DNA of 63,767 nt, the filler included, from Chiloscyllium plagiosum (Eukaryota): the NCBI RefSeq assembly GCF_004010195.1. It is 16 parts of 16 records of this genome, joined end to end, with 100 filler letters (N's around TTAATTAATTAA, not from the genome) between each part and the next. Parts side by side here need not be neighbours in the genome. Positions count along the whole stretch, not along the records: positions 45,243 to 58,091 come from NC_057720.1; positions 58,192 to 60,980 come from NW_025209135.1; positions 61,081 to 62,113 come from NW_025118394.1; positions 62,214 to 63,767 come from NW_025161329.1; 12 more parts are not named here. One strand, given 5' to 3'. The notes beneath the pieces were generated by a model, which was given only the letters and a program-made list of their open reading frames with translations, did no database searches and was not told the origin of the DNA. Below are positions 51,306 to 62,686 of this stretch, piece by piece (within the stretch, counting starts at the first letter, position 1; each line of letters starts with the position of its first letter). The translations under genes were made by a program, and so were the position numbers.

Positions 51306-52898
51306 AAAGAGGATCCAGGAGGGAGGGCTTCAGATTCTTGGGACATTGGGACTGGGTCTTGGGGAGATGGGACCTGGACAGACCAGACAGTGTTGCTCCT
51401 GAACAGAGCTGGCACTGAGCTCCTTTGGAATGATTTACTAGTTGGAGAGGGTTTAAACTAACTTGGCAGGACTGTGGGAGCCGGGGGAATATCTGAGAGG
51501 AACACCAAGGTCCACAGTGCAGTCAATAAGTCACCACCCAGTGGGAAGGATGTGGAGGAATACAAATGCAAGAAATTTATAGAGACCTGAAAGTGTGATA
51601 GAGTCGTTTTAATGTGGGGAAAAGGGGGGATTTAATTTCTGATTATAGCCTGGGGTAGTAACAGTGTAACAGGCAGAGAGGGGCCAGAGTTGTGAGAGTG
51701 TGTTCAGGTGAAGTTTCAGGTGGCATCGTGGACAGTGAAGAAGGCTGTGTAAGAGTACAATGGGATCTTGACCAACTGGGCCAGTGGGCTGAGGAATGGC
51801 AGATGGAGTTTAATTCAGATAAATGTGAATGCTGTATTTTGGTATGACACAGGAGATGGGTGAGATCCTAAACAAATATTTCAGGTCAGTATTTATTGTG
51901 GAGAAGGGCATGAAAGCGAGGGAATATCGAAAAATAATGATGTCTTGAAAAGAGTCCACATAGAAATGAGGAGATGCTAAAGGTCATATAAAGGTCAATA
52001 AATCCCAAGGACCTGATCAGGTGTATCCCAGAACATTTTGGGAAATGAGGGAAAATATTGTTGAGCCCCTGACTGAGATATTTTCATCATTAACAGAAAG
52101 AGGATCCAGGAGGGAGGGCTTCAGATTCTTGGGACATTGGGACTGGGTCTTGGGGAGATGGGACCTGGACAGACCAGACAGTGTTACTCCTGAACAGAGC
52201 TGGCAATGAGCTCCTTTGGAATGATTTACTAGTGCTGTTGGAGAGAATTTAAACTAACTTGGCAGGACTGTGGGAGCCAGGGGAATATCAGAGAGGAACA
52301 CCAAGGTCCACAGAATCCTCAGTGCAGTCAATAAGTCACCACCCAGTGGGAAGGATGTGGAGGAATACAAATGCAAGAAATTTATAGAGACCTGAAAGTG
52401 TGATAGAGTCGTTTTAATGTGGGGAAAAGGGGGGATTTAATTTCTGATTATAGACTGGGGTAGTAACAGTGTAACAGGCAGAGAGGGGCCAGAGTTGTGA
52501 GAGTGTGTTCAGGTGAAGTTTCAGGTGGCATCGTGGCCAGTGAAGAAGGTTGTGTAAGAGTGCAATGGGATCTTGACTAACTGGGTCAGTGGGCTGAGGA
52601 ATGGCAGATGGAGTTTAATTCAGATAAATGTGAATGCTGTATTTTGGTATGACACAGGAGATGGGTGAGATCCTAAACAAATATTTCAGGTCAGTATTTA
52701 TTGTGGAGAAGGGCATGAAAGCGAGGGAATATCGAAAAATAATGATGTCTTGAAAAGAGTCCACATAGAAATGAGGAGATGCTAAAGGTCATATAAAGGT
52801 CAATAAATCCCAAGGACCTGATCAGGTGTATCCCAGAACATTTTGGGAAATGAGGGAAAATATTGTTGAGCCCCTGACTGAGATATTTTCATCATTAA
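51306..52898 (+). repeat. ~790-bp near-identical tandem duplication of degenerate LINE sequence
   Basis: aaagaggatccaggagggaggg...ttttcatcattaac occurs at ~51306-52095 and ~52097-52898. Confidence 0.8.
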
Positions 52899-53334
52899 CA
52901 AGCATAGATAAGATGATGGAGAACCAGAGAGGTTGGCTAATGTTATGCCATTATTGAAGAAAGGCTGTAAGGAAAAGCCAGGGAACTATAGACCAATGAG
53001 CATGATGTCAGTGCTGGGTAAGATATTGGAGTGGATTCTGAGGGACAGGATTTATATCCATTTGGATAATCAGTGTGGTCTTGTGCATGGAAAATTATGT
53101 CTCCCTAATTTGATTGAGGAGGTGACAAGGAAGATTGATGAAGGCAGAACAGTAGACATTGTCTATATGGACTTCAGTAAAGTGTTTGACAAAGTTCCAC
53201 ATGATAGACTGGTTTGTAAGGTTAGACCACATGGGATCCAGGGGAAGCGAGCCACTTGAGTAAAAAATTGGCTTGAAGATAAGAAACAGAGAGTGGTGGT
53301 AAAGTGTTGCTTTTCAGACTGGATAGAGAGATAG

Positions 53335-56300
53335 GTAGAACAATACAGTGCAGAACGGGCTCTTCGGCTCTCGATGTTGCACCGACCTATGAACCAATCT
53401 AAGCTCATCCTCTACGCTATCCCATCATCATCCATGTACTTATCCAAGGATTGTTTAAATCTCCCTAATGTGGGTGAGATAACTACATCAACAGGCAGGA
53501 CATTCCATGCCCTTACTACTGTCTGAGTAAAGAACCTGCCTCTGACATTTGTCTTAACTCTATCATCCCTCAATTTATAGTTATGCCCCCTCATACAAGC
53601 TGACATCATAATCATCTGAGGAAAAGGACTTCACTGTCTACCCTATCTAATCCTCTGATCATCTTGTATGTCTCTATCAAATCCCCTCTTAGCCTTCTTC
53701 TTTCAAATGAGAACAGACCCAAGTCTCTCAGCCTTTCCTCATAAAACCTTCCCTCCAGGCCAGGCAACGTCCTGGTAAATCTCCTCTGCACCTTTTCCAA
53801 TGCTTCGACATCCTTCCTGTAATGAGGCGACCAGAACTGTACACAGTATTCCAAGTGCGGCTGCACTAACGTTTTGTATAGTTGCAGCATGACATTATGG
53901 CTCTGGAACTCAATCCCTCTACCAATAAAACTTAACACACACTCTGCCTTCTTAATAGCACTATCAACCTGGGCAGCAACTTTCAGGGATCTATGTAAAT
54001 GGACTTCAAGATTCCGCGATACATCCACACTACCAAGAATCTTTCCGTTGACCCAGTCCTCTGCCTTCCTGTTATTCTTCCTAAAATGAATCACCTCATA
54101 TTTAGCTGCATTGAACTCCATTTGCCACCTCTCAGCCCAATTTTGCAGTTTATCCAAGACCCCCAGCAACATTCAACATTCTTCCACAATGTCCACCACT
54201 CCACCAACTTTAGTGTCATCTGCAAATTTACTCATCTATCCACCTGTGCCTGTGTCTAAGTCATTTATAAAAATGACAAACAGCAGTGGTCCAAAAACGG
54301 ATCCTTGTGGCACACCACTCGTAACCGGACTCCAGACTAAATATTTTCCATCAACCATCACTCGCTGCCTTCTTTCAGAAAGCCAGTTTCTAATCCAAAC
54401 TGCTGAATCACCCTCAATCCCAAGCCTCTGCATTTTCTCCAACAGCCTACCATGTGGAACCTTATCAAAGGCTTTACTGAAGTCCAGATACACCATGTCA
54501 ACTGCTCTACCCTTGTTAACATGCTTGGTCACCTTCTCAAAAACCTCAATGAGGTTTATGACATGACCTGCACTTGACAAAATCATGTTGACTATCTGAA
54601 ATCAAATTGTTGCTTGCTAGATGATTATAAATCCTATCTCTTAGAATCCTTTCCAAATCTTTTCCTACAATAGATGTAAGGCTCTCTGATCTTTCATTAC
54701 CTGGGTCATCTCTGCTGCCCTTCTTCAACAAGGACACAACATTTGTAATCCTCCAGTCCTCTGGTACTAAACATGTAGACAATGATGATTCAAAGATCAA
54801 AGCCAAAGGCTCCTCCATCTCCTCCATAGCTTGCCAGAGAATCCTCAGATAAATCCCATCTGGCCCAAGGGACTTGTCGACTTTCACTCCATCTAGAATA
54901 GGTAACACCTCTTCCCTACTCACCTTGATCCTTTCTAGTCTAATATCTCGTATCTCATTCTTTTCTTCTACAATATTCTTCTTTCCCTGAGTGAAAACCA
55001 ATGAGAAATATTCATTTAGCACCTCTCTGACCTCCACAGAGTACATACACAACTTCCCAATTCTGTCTTTGACTGGCCCTATTCCTACCCTAGTCAACCT
55101 TTTAATCATCACGTACCTATAGAAAGCTTAAGGGTCCTACCTGCTAAAGACTGCTCTTGGTAGTGTGGATGTATCGCGGAATCTTGAAGTCCATTTACAT
55201 AGATCCCTGAAAGTTGCTGCCCAGGTTGATAGTGCTATTAAGAAGGCAGAGTGTGTGTTAAGTTTTATTGGTAGAGGGATTGAGTTCCAGAGCCATAATG
55301 TCATGTAAAAGACTGTCTTCTCTTTGCTCTTCTTAACTCTTTCTTTAAATCCTTCCTAATTAGCTAATCTGCTAATCTCTATCACTTTGTCTGAACCATC
55401 TTGTCTCATTGTCACAGAAGCCTCTTTCCTTCTGCTTAACAAGAGATGCAATTTCTATAGTAAACCACAGTTCCTTTACCTTATCACTTCCTCCCTGCTT
55501 GACAGAGACATACCTATCAAGGACATGCAATATCTGTTCCTGAAGCCAGCTCCACACTTTGATTGGCCCCATCCCCTGCATTTCTCTCCCTCTTTCTATG
55601 TATCCTAAGTCTTGCCTAATCACATTATAATTGCTCTTGCCCCATCAATAACTCTTGCCCTTTGGCATGTATCTATCCTTTCCATCGATAAACTAAATGT
55701 AACTGAATTTTGGTCACTCTCTCCAAAGTGCTCACCTACAACTAAATCAAACACCTGACCTGGTTCATCACCAAGCACCAGATCCACTGTGGCCTCCCGT
55801 CTTGTCAGCCCTTCGACATACTGTGTCAGGAAACCCTCCTGCACACATTCGATAAAACCTGATCCATCCGACGTACTAGATCAGATTACTCAGTATGGAA
55901 ACAGGCTCTCCAGCCCAACAAGTCCACACCGACCCTCCGAAGAGCAACCCACCCAGACCCACTCCCCTACATTTACCCCTTCACCTACCATTGCGGCCTA
56001 TCCAGCATGGCCAACTCACCTGACCTGCACATTTTTTGGATTGTGGGAGGAAACCTGAGCACCCGGACGAAACCGATGCAGACACGGGGAGAATGTGCAA
56101 ACTCCACACAGACAGTTGCCCGAGGCGGGAACTGAACCCGGGTCTCTGGCGCTGTGAGGCAGCAGTGCTAATCACTGTGCCACCATGCCGCTCAGAGCCG
56201 AGTTATAGCATTTCCAGTCAATGTTGGAGAAGATAAAGTCCCCATAATGACCACCCTGTTCCTTTCACTCCTAACCAGAATCATTTTGTCAATCCTCTCC

Positions 56301-57205
56301 TCCACCTCCATGAAACTCTGCAGAGGCCAATAAAAAACCCCTAGGAGTGTGACCTCTTCTGTACCTGTTTCTAACCTCAGCCCACACTACCTCATCAAAA
56401 CTTCTTTCAGCCACCATTATGCTGTTCTTGACTAACAAAGCCACACCTCCCCCTCTTTTACCATCTTGCCTGTTCTTAACGAAAGATCTAAACCCTGGTA
56501 CTTGTAATATTCCAGACCCTGTTCTATCCATGTCTCTGAAATGGCCACAACATCAAAGCACCAGGTACCTATCCATGCTGCAAGCTCACCTAACTTATTG
56601 TGGATACTTCTGGCGTTGAAGTAGACACACATCAAACCAGCTTGCTATCTACCAGCACATTCCTGTGACCGTGAAATTCTGTCCATGCCCTCCCTACTCT
56701 CATCCTCCTGTACACTGGAACGACACCTCAGGTTCCCATCCCCCTGCTGCGCTGGTTTAAACCCACCCAAATAGCACCAGCAAATTTCCCAGCCAGGATA
56801 TTAGTACCCTTCTGGTTCAAGTGATGACCGTCCTGTTTGTAGAGGTCCCACCTTCCTCAGAATGAGCCCCAAGAGAGGGAGTACTTGAAACCCTCCCTCC
56901 TGCACCATCCCTCCAAACACGTGTTCAACTGATATCTCTCTCTATTCCTTTGCCTTGCTATCATGTGGCCCGGGCAACAAACCAGAGAAAATAACTGTGT
57001 TTGTTTTAACTCTCAGCTTCCACCCTCGCCCCCTGAAATCCTGCCTTACATCCCTATCCCTCTTTCTGCCTATGTCGTTGGTACCAATGCAAAGTATGAC
57101 TTGGGGCTGGGCACGCTCTCCCTTTAGGACCCCAAAAACAGGATCCGAGATATCACGGACCCTGGCGCTTGGGAGGCAACGCACCAACTGTGAGTCTCGT
57201 TCTCA
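53335..57205 (-). mobile_element. Near full-length degenerate CR1-type LINE (ORF1 esterase, EN, RT, tail)
   Basis: In order on minus: [62 protein letters not shown]; SINE inserted at ~55885-56190. Confidence 0.88.
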
Positions 57206-57382
57206 GTAGAGATCTGTGAAATGAGGAAGCTGGAGAAATCTACATTCATCCCGTGTGGCTGGAGGATTCTTAGATGGAAGATGAGGCGCTCTTCCTCCTG
57301 GTTGGAGGGTTCCTAGGCGGAAGTTGAGATGCTGGAGGCAGAACGCCTCATCTTCTGCCTAGGAACCCTCCAACCCTCCAAG

Positions 57383-57714
57383 GGTGGCATGGTGGCACAG
57401 TGGTTAGCACTGCTGCCTCACAGTGCCAGAGACCCGGGTCCAATTCCCGCCTCAGGCGACTGACAGTGTGGAGTTTGCACGTTCTCCCCGTGTCTGCGTG
57501 GGTTTCCTCCGGGTGCTCCGGTTTCCTCCCACAATTCAAAGATGTGCAGATCAGGTGAATTGGCCATGCTAAATTGCCCGTAGTGTTAGGTAAGGGGTAA
57601 ATGTAGGGGTATGGGTGGGTTGCGCTTCGGCGGGGCGGTGTGGACATGTTAGGCCGAAGGGCATGTTTCCACACTGTAATCTAATCTAATCTAATCTCAT
57701 CTAATCTAATCTAA
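57383..57714 (+). mobile_element. Full-length tRNA-derived SINE with (TCTAA)n tail, inserted in Penelope fragments (57208-58091)
   Basis: GGTGGCACAGTGGTTAGCAC A-box, B-box-like GGGTCCAATTCC and repeat tail. Confidence 0.85.
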
Positions 57715-59936
57715 CCAGGAGGAAGAGCGCCTCATCTTCCGCCTAGGAACCCTCCAACCACATTAGGCCGAAGGGCATGTTTCCACACTGTAATCTAATC
57801 TAATCTAATCTCATCTAATCTAATCTAACCAGGAGGAAGAGCGCCTCATCTTCCGCCTAGGAACCCTCCAACCACACGGGATGAATGTAGATTTCTCCAG
57901 CTTCCTCATTTCCCCTCCCCCAACATTATCTCAGTCCCAACCCCTGGATTCAGCACTGCCCTCTTGACCTGCAATCCTCTTCCCGACCTCTCTGCCCTCA
58001 CCCCCTCTCCGGCCTATCACCCTCACCTTCACCTCCTTCCACCTATCGTATTCCCGGCACCCCTCCCCCAAATTCCCTCCCCCCTACCTTTNNNNNNNNN
58101 NNNNNNNNNNNNNNNNNNNNNNNNNNNNNNNNNNNTTAATTAATTAANNNNNNNNNNNNNNNNNNNNNNNNNNNNNNNNNNNNNNNNNNNNCGACTCGGA
58201 ATTTATGTGTGTGTGTGACCATGTATAAGTGCTGATCAAAGTGGTTTCAAAATAAAATAAGCTGCCTCTGCAATCATACGTTTGTGATTATGAAAATTAA
58301 GAACTAATATTTATTTTAACCTGTGCTCATACGTGCCTGTGCGTGCCTACACGTGGGAAGACAATTTTCAGATGTTGTATCTGTGTGCGTATGAATGTAT
58401 GTCGATCAGCATTATGCTGCATGAATAGAAATGCAGTCATGTCCATTTGTGTATTAATGTGCGTCTATGCTTTTCATAGTTATGTGTGGATATCCTTGTT
58501 CATTTGTGCATGTGCTATTTTTTCTGTGAATATGCGTTTTACGGGGGGGCTAGATGAGTGTTCAAGTACCATTTGCATGTGTAGCTGTGTGTATGCAAAC
58601 GTGTGTTAATGCTCATCTGTGTGCACGTTTATGTATGTGCATAAACGTGTGTCTTTAGGTGAGAGCCTGTTTATGTGTTTTTGCGCATGTATTTGTGAGC
58701 ATCTCTCTGTAACTGTTTCAGCTCTTATACTAGACTACAGTTTGCATTATTTTTGTGTTTTAATGGATTGTCAACAATTATGTCTGACCCTGATTTTGTC
58801 AGGAACATTTCTGATCGTCGTGGAGAGATAAATGTTTCAGAACATAGAACAAAACTGCGCATACCAGGCCCTTCAGCCCTCGATGTGAGCTACTCTTTTG
58901 TTGCAGCGATTGAATTTCTGTCTCTGAGACAAGAGATCTGAGTTCAAATTTCCACTATTCCAGACATGCAGAATTACATTTCCGAACATGCTGATTACAA
59001 AATATCTATAAATGTTCTGTACGTGAAGCAAAATTATGTCAGAAGTTCGAATACCAGAATTTCTCCCATGTGCTCCAGAAAACTGAGACAAAACTATGGA
59101 CTTCAATCTGGGATGATGCAAATACCAGTTTAGGATTAAGGGCAGTCAATGTTAACAAACGATTAACAGGGTCAATCGTGTCCAGCATACTCAAAGGTAT
59201 TATTTTGCATGGAAGATGGAATCTTCGGACAGTAAAGAAGAAGCTGACTGTTCCTGTCAGCGACTGTGGTACATTACTGTGGACTTCTATCTTGAAAACT
59301 CTGCAGAGTGAGTAAGAGTACAGACCGTTAATAATTCCCCTCTCCTCCTCCTTCGGCTGAACAACAATAACCTTCCTTTCGGGTCTCTTTGTTGGGGAAA
59401 TTAACATGCATTCTGTCAACTACTGCATTGGTACAAGATCCCTGGTTAAACAGACACTAGTGTTATATTCAACTTCATCTGCACGATTTGCGATTGGTAT
59501 TTTCCAATCAAAACTAATTTCAAATGTCTCTTAAGATTGCGTTCCCAATTGTTCCATTGTGGAAGTTGAAAGACGACATGAATTTCGTAAGAAATCGGGG
59601 AATCGGGAAAACCAAGTTCAAAATTCGTGTTGTTCACTTGACAGAAATTGGGGATTTTCAGATTTCGTTTTATTAGAATTTAAAATGGAAAAGGTACTTT
59701 GCAGAATCTGGCAATGCGTGAGCTTTACTCTATCTCTGATCTTAACTTTGTCCGAGCAGGGAACATTAACTGCACAAGACATGAGTCCGACACCTGTTAC
59801 TAATCCAACTTAACTTTACAACTGGAATATAATTAAAAGTGAGAAGCACAATTAATTAAACGGTTGTATATTTAAATCACAATTGGAAGAAAAAGTTTTA
59901 TTACTTTTGTTGAATGATTAAAACATCTTCGAAATT

Positions 59937-60328
59937 TTTCTGACATGAATTAATAGTGCCCATCAGTGCAACTGAAATGTTCACAAAAGTTGGTTTACCG
60001 CTGGAGTTATCGACTGTTCTGTTGATGATCTTCAGTGGAATCGCTTCATGTCCCACCACACTGGAATAAGAAGCACCACTGGCCCACTCCTCTGCTGCAA
60101 AGGACAACAGGGTGTACATGAAGAAGGAGGTGCTCTAGCTCTCCGCCATCACCTCGGTGTTCTTGTAGTTACTGGGATTAACTGGCTTGTCATTGTTTGT
60201 CCACTTGACTAAGATCTCTTGGGAAGAGAAGCCTCTCACTAAACAGGTGAGGGAGAGAAAACTCTTAGCGGAAACGTCTTCTGTTGGTGGCAGGAGGATC
60301 GACACTGATGGCTCCAGTAGCTTTTCTC
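59937..60328 (-). pseudogene. IGHM: IgM C-mu4 + secretory tailpiece exon, pseudogenised
   Basis: [17 protein letters not shown]...LTCLVRGF...VMAES*STSFF (TAG at 60135-60137); [12 protein letters not shown] (Cys>Ser); tailpiece [20 protein letters not shown] with the stop lost. Confidence 0.88.
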
Positions 60329-60779
60329 CTGCAGAATATTTGAAACAAATATAAATCCACTATAAAAATCCAAAATCAATATTGCAATTTCAGACGTATT
60401 AAAATGTGCCAGTTTTGTTTTTAAATTTGGGATTTATACACTCTCATTTTCTGAACGAGCAGAATGATATCCATCCTAATCATTAACAATAAAGAGTTTA
60501 ATTCGAAAGTCGCCTCCATGTTTCCAACCCACAACTAAGGCATCCTGTACATTTGTCATTGCTGATGTTCAAAACACAAACCAGGTTTCTTCCCACTTTA
60601 TTTGACTTATAATAAAAAAAGAACAAGCTTTGGTCCATCTTGTTCTCAATCAGATATTTAGCTATCTTGACATCAGACACATGTTTAATGCTCCCAACGT
60701 TATTTGGAGCCAATCCAAGCATGCCATGTTAGTTACTGGATTACACATGGGATGTTTGTTTTTTCATCTCACCGCTCAC

Positions 60780-60980
60780 CACTTTCCTTGTGCATGGAGT
60801 CTCTCAGTGGAGCCGGTAGATACAGATGGTTCACCAAACCTTCAAAACTAACGTGACTCATCCAGGCTTCAGTAGAAGTGCTTAATTTGCTGATCACGCT
60901 GTCGGGATTTTCTCCAGGCTGGTTAGAGATCTCTGATTTCAGAGTCTTCTTTTCCTGTACCAGGTGACATTGGCACCAGA
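60780..60980 (-). pseudogene. IGHM: IgM C-mu3 exon, 3' part, pseudogenised
   Basis: ANVTW/frameshift/QEKKTLKSEI...SVISKLSTSTEAW...FEGLVNHLYLPAPLRDSMHKES (second Cys lost); |gtgagc donor. Confidence 0.78.
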
Positions 60981-61369
60981 NNNNNNNNNNNNNNNNNNNN
61001 NNNNNNNNNNNNNNNNNNNNNNNNTTAATTAATTAANNNNNNNNNNNNNNNNNNNNNNNNNNNNNNNNNNNNNNNNNNNNCCACTGCGTTTGTCCAGTTA
61101 ATTCTATAAATGTTCATTGAATCTGCTTTCTCCATGCTGTACTTGTTTAGAAGAGAACAAACCATCTAGCGCCTGGACGAATTCTTCAATAGCAGTCAGC
61201 AAAAATGCAGAAAGTAATATCTGAAGTTAATTTTCACGAAATTACAAACTTATTAATATAATTATCACCTTTCCGTTATGTACAATGGATTTCCAAACAA
61301 TGAATACAGACTCTGTGCTGCAGCCCTGTTTCACAAATGTCCCACATCCCGCAACTGCAAACCACTACA

Positions 61370-61529
61370 TTAGTTTGTACAGCTCTCTCTGTTCATTGTA
61401 TTGCTGTGGCTACAATCCTCAGCTCGTTTACGCTTTTGTTCAGGTCTCTCCGTGCTCTGTATCATTGTGTCATACTCACAAGTATGTTCATGTTTTTGTA
61501 CAGCTCTCTCCATGCGCTGGATCACAGTG
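61370..61529 (-). promoter_or_regulatory. Three tandem 23-spacer RSSs (61491-61529, 61431-61469, 61370-61408)
   Basis: CACTGTG-23-ACAAAAACA; CACAATG-23-ACAAAAGCG; CACAGCA-23-ACAAACTAA. Spacers are mutually homologous. Confidence 0.75.
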
Positions 61530-61839
61530 TATGCTGAGCGCCGACTCAGTGCGCAGTAATACACAGCGGAGTCAGTCAGTTGTATTGTGGAGATCTTTAA
61601 TCGACTGATTTTAGCTGCAGAGTCAATATCAGCAGAAATTCTTCCTCCAGCTGCATTTTCTTTATTTTGTTCTCCTGAAGTGTATCTCTGTAGCAGGTAT
61701 TTCAGAGCCTGTCCTGAGAACTGACGGTACCAGCAAACTGTGTACTGACAGAATCGTGAATATTTACAGCTGAAAGTAACGGTGTCGCCTGCAGCAGAGG
61801 TTATTAGAGGAAGACTGAGGGACTCCAGGGACGGTGAAT
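61530..61839 (-). CDS. TRDV: T-cell receptor delta-type V exon, probably a NAR-TCR 'supporting' V-delta; open frame; missed by ORF track
   Basis: ccacag| then (D)SPSLESLSLPLITSAAGDTVTFSCKYSRFCQYTVCWYRQFSGQALKYLLQRYTSGEQNKENAAGGRISADIDSAAKISRLKISTIQLTDSAVYYCALSRRSA. WYRQ and DSAVYYCAL motifs, extra CDR1 Cys, 23-RSS, and no leader exon in the 270 bp upstream. Confidence 0.8.
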
Positions 61840-62213
61840 CTGTGGAATTAAAAAAAAAGATTTTCTTATTTTTTGCGCACTGACTATACCAAAAACCTCA
61901 TAGTGGTATAAACAGAGAAAATCTTAATTTGACACAGTCTTGAGATGTCTTCATCATAATTAATAAAACAATGTCGAGATGTTGCCATTTCTTGTTGTTG
62001 ACGCAAGGAAATTTGATGAGCTGGCTAAAATGCCAGAATGTGTTAGGAGATTTCAGAATCAAGAATAAATTTCAAATGGTAATTAGAAACGTACTACAGA
62101 AAGGGAATGATTCNNNNNNNNNNNNNNNNNNNNNNNNNNNNNNNNNNNNNNNNNNNNTTAATTAATTAANNNNNNNNNNNNNNNNNNNNNNNNNNNNNNN
62201 NNNNNNNNNNNNN

Positions 62214-62686
62214 TAATAGATGGCGGTGTCTTCGATCTTCAGGTTCGTCATCTCCAACGCAAAGATGTTGTTTGAAGTGTCTTTGGACGCAGTAAATCGA
62301 TTCTTAATCGCTGGGGCATAGTTACTGCTGGATGAACTTTTGTATTCAAGCAGCCACTCCAGCCCCTGTCCGGGAACCTGTCGGACCCAGCTCATCCAGT
62401 AACTGGTAAGATCGAAGCCGCTGGTTTTACAGGTCAGTCTCAGGGTGGCTCCGGGATGGCCACTTTGTGCCTCTGGTTGAGTTAAAACAATCTCCGACTG
62501 GACACCTTTAAAAATGAAAAAAGTAAAGAACCCATGAGAATTAATGCTGATACAATGATGCCTGAGTCTTTTACATTCCTGAGGCAGACTAACATTGAGA
62601 CAGTAACAAAGAGAGACATGAACAAAAAAACACTCACATGATAAGAACGTCAGTAACAAACTGAGAAAAATTGTTGACTTAATCAT
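62214..62686 (-). CDS. IGHV: IgM leader (62638-62686) + VH exon (62214-62505, 3'-truncated by linker)
   Basis: [16 protein letters not shown]|..[51 protein letters not shown]...EDTAIY; GT/AG 132-bp intron; TATA (~62773) and CCAAT (~62816) upstream. Confidence 0.92.

Noticed and set aside
59039-59419. ORFs downstream of C-mu4 as IgM transmembrane exons
   Set aside because: No recognisable Ig TM motif or hydrophobic segment.
61272-61317. Possible fourth RSS (CACAGAG on minus)
   Set aside because: No nonamer at 12 or 23 bp, and off the 60-bp period.
61870-61897. GGTTTTTGG nonamer-like site upstream of the TCR V
   Set aside because: No heptamer at the correct spacing and no J motif.
62162-62686. 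Intronless leader-VH ORF
   Set aside because: The 132-bp intron simply lacks in-frame stops and has normal GT/AG sites. The same applies to the read-through ORFs at 13093-13653, 19932-20354 and 33370-33795.
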